Of a stretch of DNA of 64,000 nt, positions 1-15,126 are shown piece by piece. The position numbers were made by a program, and so were the translations under genes. The notes under the pieces were generated by a model. The model was not told the origin of the DNA. It made no database searches and saw only the letters and a program-made list of their open reading frames with translations. Every line of letters begins with the position of its first letter. Positions within the stretch are counted from its first letter, which is position 1. Source of the DNA: the human T2T-CHM13v2.0 reference genome, Homo sapiens; NCBI RefSeq assembly GCF_009914755.1, contig NC_060928.1; one strand, written 5' to 3'.

Positions 1-120
1 AAAAATTCACCTTGGTTGCAGGTCTGTTTTAGTCCTAATATATATTTCTATTACTCACAATTTTACTTCTTTTATAATAAAAGAAGCCCTGAGGTATCAT
101 GATCTTACTGGACACATTTT

Positions 121-420
121 ATTTTATTTTACTTATTTATTTTTTGAGACAGAGTTTCACTCCTGTCGCCCAGACTGGAGTGCGGTGGTGAGATCTCGGC
201 TCACTCCAGTCTCCGCCTCCTGGGTTCAAGTGATTCTTGTATCTCAGACACGCAAGTAGCTGGGATTACAGGCATGCACCACCACACCCGACTAATTTTT
301 AGTAGAGACAGGGTTTTACCACATTGGCCAGGTTGGTCTTGAGCTCCTGACCTCAAGCGATCCACCCGCCTCGGCCTCCCAAAGTGCTGGGACTACAGGC
401 GTGAGCCACCATGCCTGGCC
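121..420 (-). mobile_element. Alu (S-type), full length
   Basis: Reverse-complement Alu consensus with T-rich tail; TSD-like tg(g/a)acacatttta on both sides. Confidence 0.95.
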
Positions 421-1165
421 TGAACACATTTTATATTACGCAGCAGCACAAGGTAATATTTGTCTAAAAATAACTTTAATAATAAAGCTTCCAAAGGTGA
501 GGAATAGTTTTTTTTATTAGTATGTACCACGTGACATTTTTCTGAACTGTTAAAAAATAACTTGATCCTGAAAACATCAAATCTGATTGTGTCCATCTGA
601 CTAGCAATATCTCGGGAAGGAAATCAACCTTTGAGACTTCTTTCTACTCTTAAGAACGCTAAGATCAAGATAAATATACGCTATTCACTTGAATGCAAGC
701 CATCAAGGAAAGGAAGGGAATATATTTGCCAGTCTACAAAGTGTTTAGTGTGCAGCTTTTTAATTACTGCATTTACGGTACTAGCCATAATATATTCACT
801 ATCACAAATGCTCTACAAAGTCATTAATCCTCAACAAATACATTAATGCTTCCCTCCTCTCCTACAAGTTCTTACTATGCTGATGTGGGGCAAAAATGCC
901 AAGAATTCTCTCCAAAGTAAACATTTCATGCCAACAGCCACTAGTTCTACAATGCTCATTTCACTATTTTAAGATATGTAATAGCTCTGCTTAAGCATTT
1001 CCTGCTGTTGACCTAAAAGATAAGTTTGTACACAAAAAATTTTTAAATGGCTTTACTTAAAGCAACAATTTTTAATAGAAAGGTGATGTAAGCTATCTAA
1101 AAGGTTGCTTATGCTCTTCCAAAATAATATATTCTATAATTCAATAATTATAATTCTCTGCATCA

Positions 1166-1520
<355 letters not shown>

Positions 1521-2805
1521 TTAAAAAAAATCTCAAAGAATAAGACATTGAGAATGATCACGATTTTCAAAACAGCTGAAGGATTACCCATTTAAGTATC
1601 AAAATGGGTTTAATTTCAACCATAGTGGATTAATTTTTTTTTCTAAAAGGTAATGCCTTCTTCAGAGAATCCAGAATATGATTAATCTTTGTTTGGTGAC
1701 ACAGGATCATCAACATGACTATAAATTACTTGCTCTGCTGGAACATGAGAATACTAACTCCAAGGAAAAGGAGTGGCAGCAGTTACTGGGTAGGAGCTGG
1801 GTTTCTACCACCACAAAGAGAGCTGGATGGGGAGTTACTATAAAGCACAGGGTGCAATGAGAATCAAAAGGAAGAGACTGCTGAAGTTCTCACAACAAGG
1901 AAAGCACAGATATAAATACACTCTGGAGAGCCCAAGGGGAAATCCAAGTTACAGAGCCAGGTCTGAAGTCAAGAGCTGTGGCCGACTAGAGTCAGGATCT
2001 GAGTTGGAGATAAATTGATGGCGAATAGAGGGAGAGGGTGTGAAGTTGGCTTTGTGTGTATCCTGCTGGTAACTGGGTTTAACCTGCCCATTAAAGGCCA
2101 GTGGCAAGACAGCTGTTCTCAGAAGCTTCTGAGGCAACAGAGGGCTGTTTATTCCTCTACTCAAAGGCAGATGGCGGCTAGGCTTTGGGAATATGTGTCT
2201 GCCTTTCACAGTCTGGCTATCTCCTCTCCTTTGTCCTAAAGAGTTGCATCTCATTTCTGTTATAGTACCAACCTTTCCCTTCTTCAAGTCAGCTATGATT
2301 TTGGAATTCAAATAAAATAATGAAGTGTAAGAGAACGAAACTTAAAATACCAAGCTCCAGATAAGATCTGAAGGGCACAGGGCACGGCCTCTGAACACAT
2401 ACTTGGGCTGTTGTGATGCCTTTTTTGTTTATTTTTTGGTTCTTAGGGAATTCAAATAGTGTTCCTTAAGCAGAACTCATTTGAAGTCATTTAGCCAAGC
2501 CTAAAAAACCTGCCCGGAGCGTGTTATTTCTAAGTGACCACTGTTATTTAACAAGCACCTCCTTTGGAGAAATTCAATAAGCAGAATCTCCAGAAACACA
2601 ACAAAACCAATTGCCCTGATGTGAACAATCTAGAAATGTGGGAACAAACTCAGAACCTGAAGAAAGGGAGGACTTTACCATTGCATACATTAAGTGACTG
2701 TTGGCAAATCAATTAGCCTTCCAAGCCTCATCTGTAAAATGGGCTAAGGATATCTGCCTTGCAAAGGTATGATTGAGAACAAAAGGAAAGGCTCAGAAGA
2801 GATCT

Positions 2806-2865
2806 ACAAATACGAATTACACCTTAATTAAGTGGTAACAAATGTGAATTACACCTTAATTAAGT
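2806..2865. repeat. 32-bp-period tandem duplication containing the cttaattaag palindrome
   Basis: acaaat(ac/gt)gaattacaccttaattaagt at 2806 and 2838. Confidence 0.85.
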
Positions 2866-3624
2866 ACATAACCCCCTACAACACACAGATCTTTATTTAG
2901 ACCTTTTTTTAGACTAGGTCTTGTGCCTAGTAGTTTCTATCCAACTTTCACCACCCCAGATAAGATTCTTTTTCCCAATTATTTCCACAGAACATTCTTC
3001 TCGGCTAAAAAATATTTTTTACTTCACTGCTCATATAGCAAGAACAACTACTCCTGAATTTTCAGAGTAAAAAAAACCTAGAATGTAAAAATTCCCCATT
3101 ATGATTTTCCCATTTTGTTTCTTCTTAACAACTTCCTATCTAAGTTCTTTTCTCTTTCTCCCATTTTTCTTTATAGCATCTTTGTGGATCTTATTTTCTC
3201 ACTTTAAGTTCAACACTTGCTGTAATGTGATTTAGCAGTTTACAAGGCACCTTCACATATATTACCTTATTTCCCTTAAATTTCTTCTATTCTCTTTGTT
3301 TCTTGCCTTACTTTCAGAAATACAAACAGAACTTTCTAAAATCAGCAAAGAAGCAATTTTTCACCTTCCAACTGCCAACATACTAATACACAATACTTGG
3401 CAGAGCTGTCCAAAGCAAGTCAGACCACATACAGTATACCTAAATCCTGACACCTCCAACTCTCTTAACAAATAATTTTTTTTCTCCGTGGTAATGGTCT
3501 CTTGGAAGTTAAAATATAGTGAGAAATGTGTAAACATACCAATATATTAAAATAAGACAAGTGAATCCCTTTAAGAATCATGAAAAATAATTAACAACAA
3601 CAACAAAAGAAAAAAACAGCAGGA

Positions 3625-3957
3625 GGCCCAGTGAGGTGGTTCACACCTGTAATCTCAGCATTACAGTGTGTAATGAATACAATGATACAATGAAGCTAAA
3701 GTAGTAGGATCACTTGAGGCCAGTAGTTCAAGACCAGCCTGGGCAATGTAGCAAGACCTCATCTCATCAATTAAGCAGTCAATCAATATGCTAGCAAGTC
3801 GGGTGTGATGACACGTGCCTGTAGTCTCAACTACTTGGGAGGCTGAGGCAGGAGGATTGCTTGAGCCCAGGAGTTCAAGGCTACAGTGAGCTATGATGGT
3901 GCCACTGCACTTCAGCCTGGGTGACAGAGCAAGACCATCTCTAAACAAACAAACAAA
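3625..3957 (+). mobile_element. AluJ with ~30-nt non-Alu insertion in the left arm
   Basis: Diverged Alu dimer (gagttcaaggctacagtgagctatgat); extra sequence at 3660-3692. Confidence 0.9.
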
Positions 3958-4376
3958 GGAATAAGAGGTTGAAAACATTAGCAGAAAGAAAAAAGAAGGA
4001 ATAAAGTTGTTATTTTTGCTTCCAGTAAAATTTCCATCATCTTTCTTACCAGAGCTGTTCTTCCCCAAGCTCTGCATTAAATAATCTGTTCATTAAATCT
4101 GTGAAAACCACAAGGGATGTGCCCATCTCATTAAAAAAGATGATCATTTGAGCTATGATAATGAGAAAGAGCATCTATTTTTGGTTTTAAGGACAGAAGT
4201 ACTTCCTGCCTGTTGCTCAGAGCAGCGACACTTCTAGTTAGCTTTAGCACAAAACAGATGCCCCAGCACTCTTTATCATAGTGACAACAGGAACCTGCAA
4301 ATAGAAAGATTTCGTCTCAGAACTTCTACATACTCTCAATCTATTGATTTATCAACAAAGAACATGAGGCGTCTGA

Positions 4377-4644
<268 letters not shown>

Positions 4645-4684
4645 TAAAAGGATTTTTGTAAACTCTAGATTAGAAATTAGATCA

Positions 4685-4966
4685 GGCCCAGCATGGTGGC
4701 TCATGCCTGTAATCCCAGCACTTTGGGAGGCCGAGGTAAGTGGACCACCTGAGCCCAGGAATTCCAACACAAGCCTGAGAAACATGGCAAAACTCGACTC
4801 CACAAAAAATTATCTGGCCACGTGTCTGTAGTCCCAGCTACCTGGGGGGCTGAGGCAGGAGGACTGCTTGAGCCCAGGAGGGCGATGCTGCAATGAGTCA
4901 TGTTTGTGACAATGCACTCCAGCCTGGGCAACAAGAGTGACAATCTGTCTCCAAAAAAACAAAAGA
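4685..4966 (+). mobile_element. AluJ-like
   Basis: Diverged Alu dimer; TSD-like agaaat(t/c)agatcag. Confidence 0.9.
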
Positions 4967-5799
4967 AATCAGATCAGATTCCCCTATATTCATTCAAACT
5001 CTGGAGATACAAAACCTTTAAAATTTGAATTGATTGCCCTTTGACTTTACAATGGTTGAACAAGACCCAAAAATAATTTTACAGTAATCTTTGATACACA
5101 TTAATAATATATTAAACATAATTTTAATAAATCAGTTGTTATTCCTAAAATTGAAGTACTAATGAAATTTAAGGAGAAAAGTTGAAAGATAATACTCGGC
5201 CTTGATTCTGCTGTGGTGTTTACATGTTCAATGATGGAAGCTTCTGGCACATAAAACTTTCTGCATTTTGTAAGAGATACTCTGGGTGATTTGAGCATGG
5301 GAATGGAGAAGAACATCAAGGGTCCAACATTATTCATGGAATCTACAGAGATGCCTCAAGGAAGCTCAGTTCCCTATAGAACACAACTGGGACCACTGGA
5401 TAAAGGGGCTCTTAGAAAAGAATGTTTTCTTCCAGCTTGGACCCAACTCAAGTCAACCTAATAGGAAATCTAAGAAAAACTGACCCAACTGTGATTATGG
5501 CTCCAGGCAATGAAGGTCATTATTTTTTGTAATGGTGGAAATATTATGTTACGCTTATAACTGGGTCTGAGGTCAGACTTGGAATGTATACTTTAGAGAT
5601 AACTGACCTTTTTTCTATTATATTCTCAAACCAACAAAACAGTATCACTTAGTTCATTTTGACAGTGAGAGTAATAATCTCTGAATAAAACTGAAAAGTA
5701 TAGAGTGATCAAATGAACTCTTCCTTAATGGACCAGATAACCAGGTATCTAAATTGAACTGAATCTCACAAGTTGATCACCAGGGATTATCAGGTACAT

Positions 5800-8210
5800 G
5801 TGATAGATTACAACCCGGTGCTTATCTCCATTCCCTCCCAAAACCACCCCTAAATGACAGTAAGTGAGAGGCAGAGATAAGTTCATGAGAAGAGAGAATG
5901 GAAGAGGACAAAATTCATGGAAAACATTTTTGGAAAATGGCCCAATGATGAGTGAATTTTCAAAGCAGGGGCAGACAAAACATAAACGTCTATAGACAGA
6001 ATTGTCAGGAAGTAACAAACCAGTATGCGGCAAAGAACTTGAGGAAAGTGTAAGTTAAGACACAGTTAAGTGGGGTTTGGATGAGAAGACAGGATGGAGG
6101 CAGCACTGAAAACTGGGGGATGGCTTGCAAGTCATTTTAAGGAGTAAAACTCCATATCTTTGCTAAACCATGAAGCTTGCTATGCCCCTCCTCCCACCTC
6201 AGCAAAGGTTAAGCTTGAGAAGATCTGCACTCGGGGACACTAGGAACAGTGACCAGGTGGAGGGACTGACTGAAAAAGAGAAGGACTAAGTGGAACTATG
6301 CACTCCACAGCCCCTTCCTCTGCTGGGTTCCCAGAGCACTGGCCAGTAGGAGATTGGTACTGGAGACTTTTCTGGAGAAACTAACCTGCCCAAGAAAAGA
6401 GATCTACAGATACCAAAACTGGAAGACAAGGTGACTTCTGAAAAGAGGTGGTCATCTTATGCGAGGCCACCAATTGACAAAGCCTTGCTTTGTGCCTCCT
6501 CATGAATAAAGATGACAAGATGAACACCAAGCATGTGAAATAGGGTCCAGCATGACAGACAGGAACTTCAGGAGGGAACAGGGTCAATGCAGGGAGAAGA
6601 CTTCAAATATACATAATTAAGAACCCCAAGAGGGTAAAACATATTGCATCCACAAAGCAATAAAGAATGGATGCTATAAAATACAGATACTGTGAGAACA
6701 AGAAAAAGCTCCTAGAAATTAATATTATAATCACAGAAATAAAAAAATCAACAGAGAGGTTAATAGATAATAGAGGTAAATGTTCCCCTAAAGTAGAACA
6801 AAAAGATAAAAGGATAAAAATCAGGATTTTTTTTTTTTTGAGACACAGTCTTGCTCTGTGGCCCAGGCTGGAGTGCAGTGGTATAATAGTAGCTCACTGC
6901 AGCTTCGAATCCTTGGGCTCAAGTGATCCTCCCACCTCAACTTCCCGAGTAACTAGGACTACAGGCGCATACCACCACACCCAGCTAATTTTTTTTTTTT
7001 TTTTTTTGGAAGAGATAAGGACTCACTATGTTGCCCAGACTTGTCTGGAACTCCTGGGCTCAGGCAATCCTCCCACCTTGACCTCTGAGAATGCTGGGAT
7101 TACAGGTGTAAGCCCACACACAGCCAGGGATTTTTTTTTAAACAATAATTACATTGGAGAAAAAAATCCAAGAGTTCCAGCATCTGACAAATAGGAACTC
7201 CAAAAAAGAGAACAGTCTTCACAATGAATGAAAAAGTGACATACCAAGGTGGATTACAAGAAAAGCTCAGAACACTGGGGGATTTTTAAATACCCTAAAA
7301 GCATCCAAAAAGAAAAGAAACAAGTCACATACAAAGTACATAGAGTCAGAAGAGCATGCAACAATTCTGTAACAAAATTGGAAGCAGAAGAAAATGGAAC
7401 AAACCCTCTAAACTCCCAGGGAAAGTAATCTCCAACTTTAAATTAGATTATCAATCATATGTAAGGGAAGACCAAATGATATTTTGACACATGCCAGATC
7501 TCAAAAAAATTCCATCTACACATGCTTTCTCACAAAGCAGCCAGGCAATGTGCCTCCCCAAAAGAGGGTCAAAACCAAAAGAGATGGCATCCAATAAACA
7601 GGTCAATCAAGAATTCCCAACGTGATTGCTAAGGACAAATTCCAGGTCAACAGCTGTGCATAGGCCTCAAGAGTAAACAGTCCAGAACAGAGTGAGCAAG
7701 CAGAGAGCCCAAGAAAAATGTCACATGCACACATGCAAGAACCAAGAGATGTGCCATTGTGTTTGACCTTATTTGAGAATTTGGGGATAAATAAATAGTA
7801 AATAAATAGAATACCAAGCAACAAAATTTTAATGTGCTATACAAGAAAGAAAATAAAATAACAGTATCCTGCATAGCTCAGCTGTGAAAAATATTTACAG
7901 TGAAAACAAACTGAGATATAACTATCTTAGAGAGTACAAGCGCAGGTATTTAAGGGAGGAAGAATAAAAGAAAGATAAACCCCTCTCTTCCTCAATGGAA
8001 TTCATGTTTAATGACTAAAATGGAAAAAAAAAATTCAAGAATTACCAATATAAACATATTAATTTGCTACAAGGAAGTAAATACCAGAAGAAGAGCTAAA
8101 TGAACTAAGGAGTAGTTGCTTCTGAGAAGTGGAAAACGGCAATGCAAATCCGTGGGCAAGAATTTGTAAGCTATATACATGTATAATTGCAATTAAAAAA
8201 TCAACTTTTA
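5800..8210 (+). mobile_element. Ancient HAL1/L1M-type fragment(s), ORF1-like region plus 3' part, interrupted by an Alu
   Basis: A-rich L1 ORF1-like remnant (ggatgctataaaa...gagaacaagaaaaagctcctagaaattaa...aaagtagaacaaaaag); boundaries approximate. Confidence 0.6.
6827..7125 (-). mobile_element. AluJ
   Basis: Reverse Alu with ggctcaagtgatcctccc; TSD ggatttttttt. Confidence 0.92.
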
Positions 8211-8649
8211 AAAGGGTAGAAGTTCATCAATGAAACATATAAACCACCCAACTGTATAAGACAAATTGATAATGTGAAATTTCATTTTCTACTATAAACA
8301 AGGAAACAGATAAGTCTTAATCTGCTCCTCCTAGCTAATCCAATTGTTAAAATTCAATTTAGTGCATCTTGTTATTTAAGGACCACAGTGTGAGAGGTCA
8401 AATATGCCTAAATCTTCACACCTCTAGTTTTAGTTAACACATGGTGAAGGGGACCCTGGACACCAGTGCACAAGGAACAACTGGCCGTCTTAGTTAAATA
8501 GAGTTCATTAACCACAGCTTCATATGGATAAACACCTTGGCCACTGTAACACCTCCCCTTCTACCAGAGTGCTTACTGAAGCTTCTTATGGTGACTTTTA
8601 TCCTTATGTCGGGAGAAGGACTGGGAAATGGCCGGCATCTAAACTCTGT

Positions 8650-9171
8650 TCCCCTATGTTTGGGGAATTCCTCATCATGTGAGTTCTGATGAGAGGCACA
8701 TCTCTCAACATAGAAGCAAAAATGGCTAGACACTAACATTCCCAGAGTGTCTTATAGCCAAGGCTTGCACATGACTTAGCCGTGGTCAACCCTGAATCTA
8801 GAACCAGAGACATAAAGAGGCAGGAGCAGGAGGGAAATTACCATGGGTGAGGGCAATGGCAACAACACCCACTGCTCAGAGGCAGCAAAGGCTGAAGTGA
8901 CAGAGTTGGTACCAAGTGTCTGATCCTGAAGAGATGGTCAGCACGAACACTAATGTCCAGTGTTCAGTGACAGGGTCTACCCAACATAGAACTAATCTTA
9001 TTGTATGACCTTGGCTATGAATCTGGCTGTGCAGTCTCTTTTTAGTGCCTGTTCTTTCCCCCAACTTGGGTAAATTCAGAATGTACCCAATATCTTCTCA
9101 ATAAATTATTTCTTTGCTTAAACCATTAAGCTAGTCTCTGTTGCTTCTATCCAAGAACCCTGATTGATACA
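8650..9171 (+). mobile_element. ERVL solo LTR, LTR33-like
   Basis: 3' end aataaa...tttgcttaaac...gtctctgttgctt...caagaaccctgattgatac resembles LTR33/LTR16 ends. Confidence 0.55.
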
Positions 9172-9357
9172 TTGCTCCAGGATACACAGGTAGAGATAGG
9201 TAGCCATCCACTGAAGTTAAGAATGAAATGTTTGTTTCATAAGATTTCAAAGCAGAACAAAGAAGATTTTTCCATAGAGAAACATGGGGGAAGGTTAAGC
9301 TTTAAGATACAGATAAAACTGTTTGTGGAACGTTAAGGGTTACCAAAGTTTTGGTAG

Positions 9358-9663
<306 letters not shown>

Positions 9664-10508
9664 AGCTCACCTATTCTTTATATTAGTTTCTACCATTAGC
9701 CAACCCATTCAGAGTTCTAAACCACTAATTGACCTCACAACAACCTCACTTTGGAAATGTAAGCAGCTTGTGAATCGGGAGCTGCCACTGTTTGCGTGTG
9801 GCCAGAGACATGCTCAGATTCTTACTGTTGTGAATGGGCAGAAGAGTAGTGGGTGAGGAAGAACAATTTTCTTTGTCTTTCCACTGAAACACAGCTTTCA
9901 GAGAGACGAGGCAGTTTGAAAACCAGTGGTCAGGAACTACACGACTATGAAAATGCAAACCAAGGCATCCAAAGATTTACATTCAACTGTAGAAACATCA
10001 ATATTGCTGAAAAGCTACACCCATCAATTCAGCATTCTGCAGCACATTTAGTTCCCAGTCTGAGAACACTGAACCTGGGCAATTTATCTGCATATGCCTC
10101 AGGCTAACCACACAAATTTTGCAGACAAAGCTAGAAGTTAAGATAGAGAGCTTAGAATGCACTGTTGATGTGACCAAAAGGGCTTCATAAAGGAATCAAA
10201 TGCAGTAATGACATTAATAGAAATGTGGATGCAGAGAAAGAAAGTCTCTGTGGTGCCCCACTGTCTCTGAAAACTGAGGACGCCTTTCATGACAAAGAAG
10301 TAACCTTTTGTTAGCTGTACACAACAAGATCATACAAACCCGATAAAGAGGGCTTGCAAAATAAATGCAAAGCTTGATGCCTGCATATAATTTTCCCTCC
10401 TGTGGTGTTATTTCATAAAGACTTGTCAAGAGATCAATCCCTCAGTCACAAAAGTCAGGCTACACATCACCTTGGGGGACAATTATTTAATTTCAGTTGG
10501 TGATGTAA

Positions 10509-10824
<316 letters not shown>

Positions 10825-11074
10825 TGTAAATGCTACTTCAAATTTGACCAATTGCCAAACTACCTTTACCACACATTCTTCTACGTAGTCAGTTCTCTTG
10901 ACGTATCTAATGGCCACTAAAACAAGAGTTTCATTCCACAGCTGTCCAAGTGAGTTACACTATGCTCACATGGTATTTTGAAGAGCTGAGATAAATTTAT
11001 CTCAGTCAATCCCAGATTATTCCTCTCTTGCTTCATTTGAAGATCACACAACAGGACAGTGATTCTGCACAGCA

Positions 11075-11124
11075 GTGTGTGTGTGTCTGTGTGTGTGTAT
11101 GTGTGTACGTGTGTACACATGTGT
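11075..11124. repeat. (TG)n imperfect microsatellite
   Basis: gtgtgtgtgtgtctgtgtgtgtgtat... Confidence 0.9.
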
Positions 11125-11838
11125 GAAACTGTACAATCTAATCACCACAGCTCTGCAAAGAACATGGCACAATTCTATTCAGGTTTCAGAAATGGAAAGA
11201 CAAAAAGGGAAAAAAAATCCCAAGAAATCATTCTCAAAAGCTGTTTCCAGAATACCTTCTTGAGAAATTTAAAAGTAGGGTCCACTTTGTAATGCATGCG
11301 TATAAAGGAGGTAAATTCATAGCTAGCTAATCACCTTTAATGCTAGAACCATAAATGGCTATTTCCAAAATATATTCATTGTGTCAAATGCCTGAATTGA
11401 TACTTAGTTATATAAAATTTTTTTTCCATCTCAACAAAGCTTTAAGACAGCCTCCAAACATTTATACACAGGGGTTTTACCTTGTCCAGTGAAGGTTCTA
11501 CTTCCAACCAACACAAGTACCAGAATTTTAAACTTTTACTATAAAAATCTCTATGGGATTATATAATCTTTCAACCATCTTAACTTGAAATTTTTTTAAC
11601 TAAACAAATATGACAAGACAGAATTAAAATTGCATTGATCATAGAATATCAACTGATAGTCAATGAAGTACTAAGGAAAGTATAAATTGGTGAAATATTG
11701 TCATTCGTTTAAAAAACTACAATTAAAAGCAAGTCAAATGAACTACCGATACTTTGACACCTACTACAAATACAGCAGATTGTAGTAGGTATAGAAAGGA
11801 AAAAGACTTGTGACACAGTTACTGGCAACAGGGAACTT

Positions 11839-11884
11839 AGTATATTGGAGGAACATGACACAGTATGTTGGAGGAACATGACAC
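11839..11884. repeat. 23-bp tandem duplication
   Basis: agtat(a/g)ttggaggaacatgacac x2. Confidence 0.9.
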
Positions 11885-12382
11885 GGAACTCTAGACAAAC
11901 ATTGGATCACAGGACACACGTTTAGACTTAAAAGGAAGTTATGGATAGGTCAGGAGGGGCCATTTTCTGTCAGATAAACCTATTAGACACATTTTAAAAA
12001 CGTAACATGGTATGTCCACACCTCATAACTTAAAAGAACACCAATCAACAATGCTCTCAAAGTAAATTACATGCTAAGAAACTTTAACCCTTATCTTTCC
12101 AACATCCCTCATCACACAGTACTTATTTTTGATAAGTTTGAGTCTCCCACTATGCAACAAAATATCAAACATCGGGGGGTGTCCTATTTAACTTTGATTC
12201 CTTAGCTCTTGGAACCTATGGAACGCATAATGATCCAGTGTATTTTCTTGGAGGATATATAGCTGAGTGAAAGAATGAATGAACAGTGTTATAATAGCAG
12301 CTGTTAATTTGAATTTATTTGAATATAAAGATTGATTCTTCACAGTAAAACACAGTTCAGGAGGCTTCTACAAAGTTATGTT

Positions 12383-12500
12383 TCTTTTTCTTTTTTTTTT
12401 TTTTAAGAGTTAGTGGTCCTGCTCTGTCACCCAGGCTGAAGTACAATGACACAATCATAGCTCCCTGCAGCTTCAAATCCCAGGGCTAAAGAGATCCTCT
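12383..12500 (-). mobile_element. Severely 5'-truncated AluJ (3' end of right arm)
   Basis: T tail plus gctctgtcacccaggctgaagtaca; TSD caaagttat(g/a)tttc. Confidence 0.85.
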
Positions 12501-12549
12501 CCAAAGTTATATTTCATAAAACAAATGGCCAAAATTAATGATAAAATTA

Positions 12550-13200
12550 ATAAAAATATGCAAAAGAGTTGTTCACTGAAGCATTATTCACAAAAGGAAA
12601 AATGGCAACAATCTAAATTTTCAGCAGCTGGGCGGCATGCAGTTTTATTATGGTCATACACTGATAGATTATGGAACTATTAAAAATGACAAATATAGGC
12701 TGTGCACGGTGGCTCACTCCTGTAATCCTAGCACCTTGGGAGGCCGAGGCGGGAAGATCACTTGAGGTCAGGAGATCGAGACCATCCTAGCTAACATGGT
12801 GAAACCCCATCTCTACTAAAAATACAAAAAAATTAGCCAGGCATGGTGGCGCATGCCTGTAGACCCAGCTACTCAGGAAGCTGAGGCAGGAAAATGGCGT
12901 GAACCCGGGAGGCGGAGGTTGCAGTGAGGAGAGATCATCCCACCGCACTCCAGCCTGGGCAACAGAACAAGACTTTGTCTCAATACATAAATAAATAAGA
13001 CAAATATGAAGGCCTGAAACAAAGAGAAATTAAGATATAACAGGAATAAAAAAATAAGTAGACCAAAGTAGTATGTATGCTATAGCTACAAACAGATAAA
13101 AATATGTACACATGTAAAAAGACGGGAATGAAATACATACAAAATATACTTGTTAAAGTATATAGCTTTAGGGCTTACAGGTCATTTTTTTCCACTCTAA
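12550..13200 (+). mobile_element. Old L1ME-type 3' fragment interrupted by an Alu
   Basis: gttcactgaagcattattcaca...aaaatggcaacaatctaaat is an L1M 3' motif. Confidence 0.5.
12698..12998 (+). mobile_element. AluY/Sc-like
   Basis: gagatcgagaccatcctagctaacatgg; TSD gacaaatat. Confidence 0.93.
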
Positions 13201-13225
13201 ACTTTTTCTAAAACTGTTACATTGT

Positions 13226-13535
<310 letters not shown>

Positions 13536-13764
13536 ATTGCCATTTATAGGTCCTGTTGTAAAGGTAGAAGTTTCACAGTAAGTTTCTAACAGTAATTATT
13601 ACAGTGATCATTAACAGTAACTTATTTCATCACATCTAACTGCTGTTGACTAGAAGATACACCAGTATTTTCTGTACTAAGAATAAAAATAAAAGTTATG
13701 TTACATTCATAGGCCTTAAAAAATAATAAAAATTAAAATGCTGTGAATCATAGCTGCAAAATGT

Positions 13765-13843
13765 CAGTGATTGCAAGATATATCAAATTTTAAAGATATT
13801 AAAATGTGAAAAGATCTGTGTCTTAGAATCAATAAAATATGTA
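13765..13843 (-). mobile_element. MER104-like (Tc2) DNA transposon fragment
   Basis: gatattaaaatgtgaaaaga...gtcttagaatcaataaaatatg resembles the reverse MER104 terminus. Confidence 0.45.
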
Positions 13844-13958
13844 TTATAAAGCTGCAATATAAAAATATTTTATTGGTAAAAAAAGTGATCATTAATAGTG
13901 ACTAGATAACAAACTAATAAATCTATGAAAACTTTGATAGAAATCTCTTAAAGAAATA

Positions 13959-14263
<305 letters not shown>

Positions 14264-14422
14264 GAAATGGCTTGATTCGCAAATGTAAGTTTTAAGTAAG
14301 AATTTCGATAATAAAATACACAAGACATTGCACTACAGAGGACAAGTGTTCATCATGCCCCTGAGATAAAATGTTTCTGGTCCAAAAGAATTGAGTAAAT
14401 GAATTATCAAAAAGAAATTAAA

Positions 14423-14529
14423 TTGCTTGCTTTGACAGCACATATACTAAAATCAGAATAATACAGAGAAGATTAGCATGGTCCCTGCACAAGGATGACA
14501 TGCAAATTTGTGAAGTATTCCATATTTTT
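14423..14529 (+). pseudogene. U6 snRNA processed pseudogene (full length, diverged)
   Basis: Matches U6 end to end (..gcacatatactaaaat..atacagagaagattagcatgg..caaggatgaca..caaatt.gtgaag..ttccatattttt) with CpG-decay changes; no recognisable PSE/TATA upstream. Confidence 0.93.
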
Positions 14530-14612
14530 AATCAGTACACATACATATATCAAAGAATTATGTTGTACTCCTTGAATACATACAACTTTTGTTAATTTTT
14601 TTTTTTAAAAAG
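14530..14612 (+). mobile_element. Short L1MA-like 3' terminus fused to U6
   Basis: tacatatatcaaagaattatgttgtactccttgaatacatacaac resembles the L1MA 3' end and the fragment at 23860-23935. Confidence 0.6.
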
Positions 14613-14784
14613 AAAACATAACTAGAAAATTCTTGATTTCTGAGGAGCAGGGAAGAAATGAAGGAAGGGAGGGAGAAATTAAAGTAAGCCAAGAAGCCTG
14701 AACGAGATTCTCAGCTTCAGTATAAGTAAGTCATTAAATGATTTGTTTGAGTGGCATTTCCTTGAAAATAAGACTGAGACTGCC

Positions 14785-15126
<342 letters not shown>

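Noticed and set aside
11759-11790. 11-bp-stem hairpin with let-7-like gtagtaggt
   Set aside because: Stem too short for a pre-miRNA and the let-7 match lacks the seed 5' end (TGAG)
11839-11884. Short direct repeats as a CRISPR-like array (also 2806, 18800, 28540)
   Set aside because: Only two copies each, no spacer series, eukaryotic context; simple local duplications
14423-14529. U6 copies as functional snRNA genes (also 43751-43854)
   Set aside because: Multiple substitutions, no recognisable upstream PSE/TATA, and L1 fusion indicate retropseudogenes; the second copy has lost the ACAGAGA box
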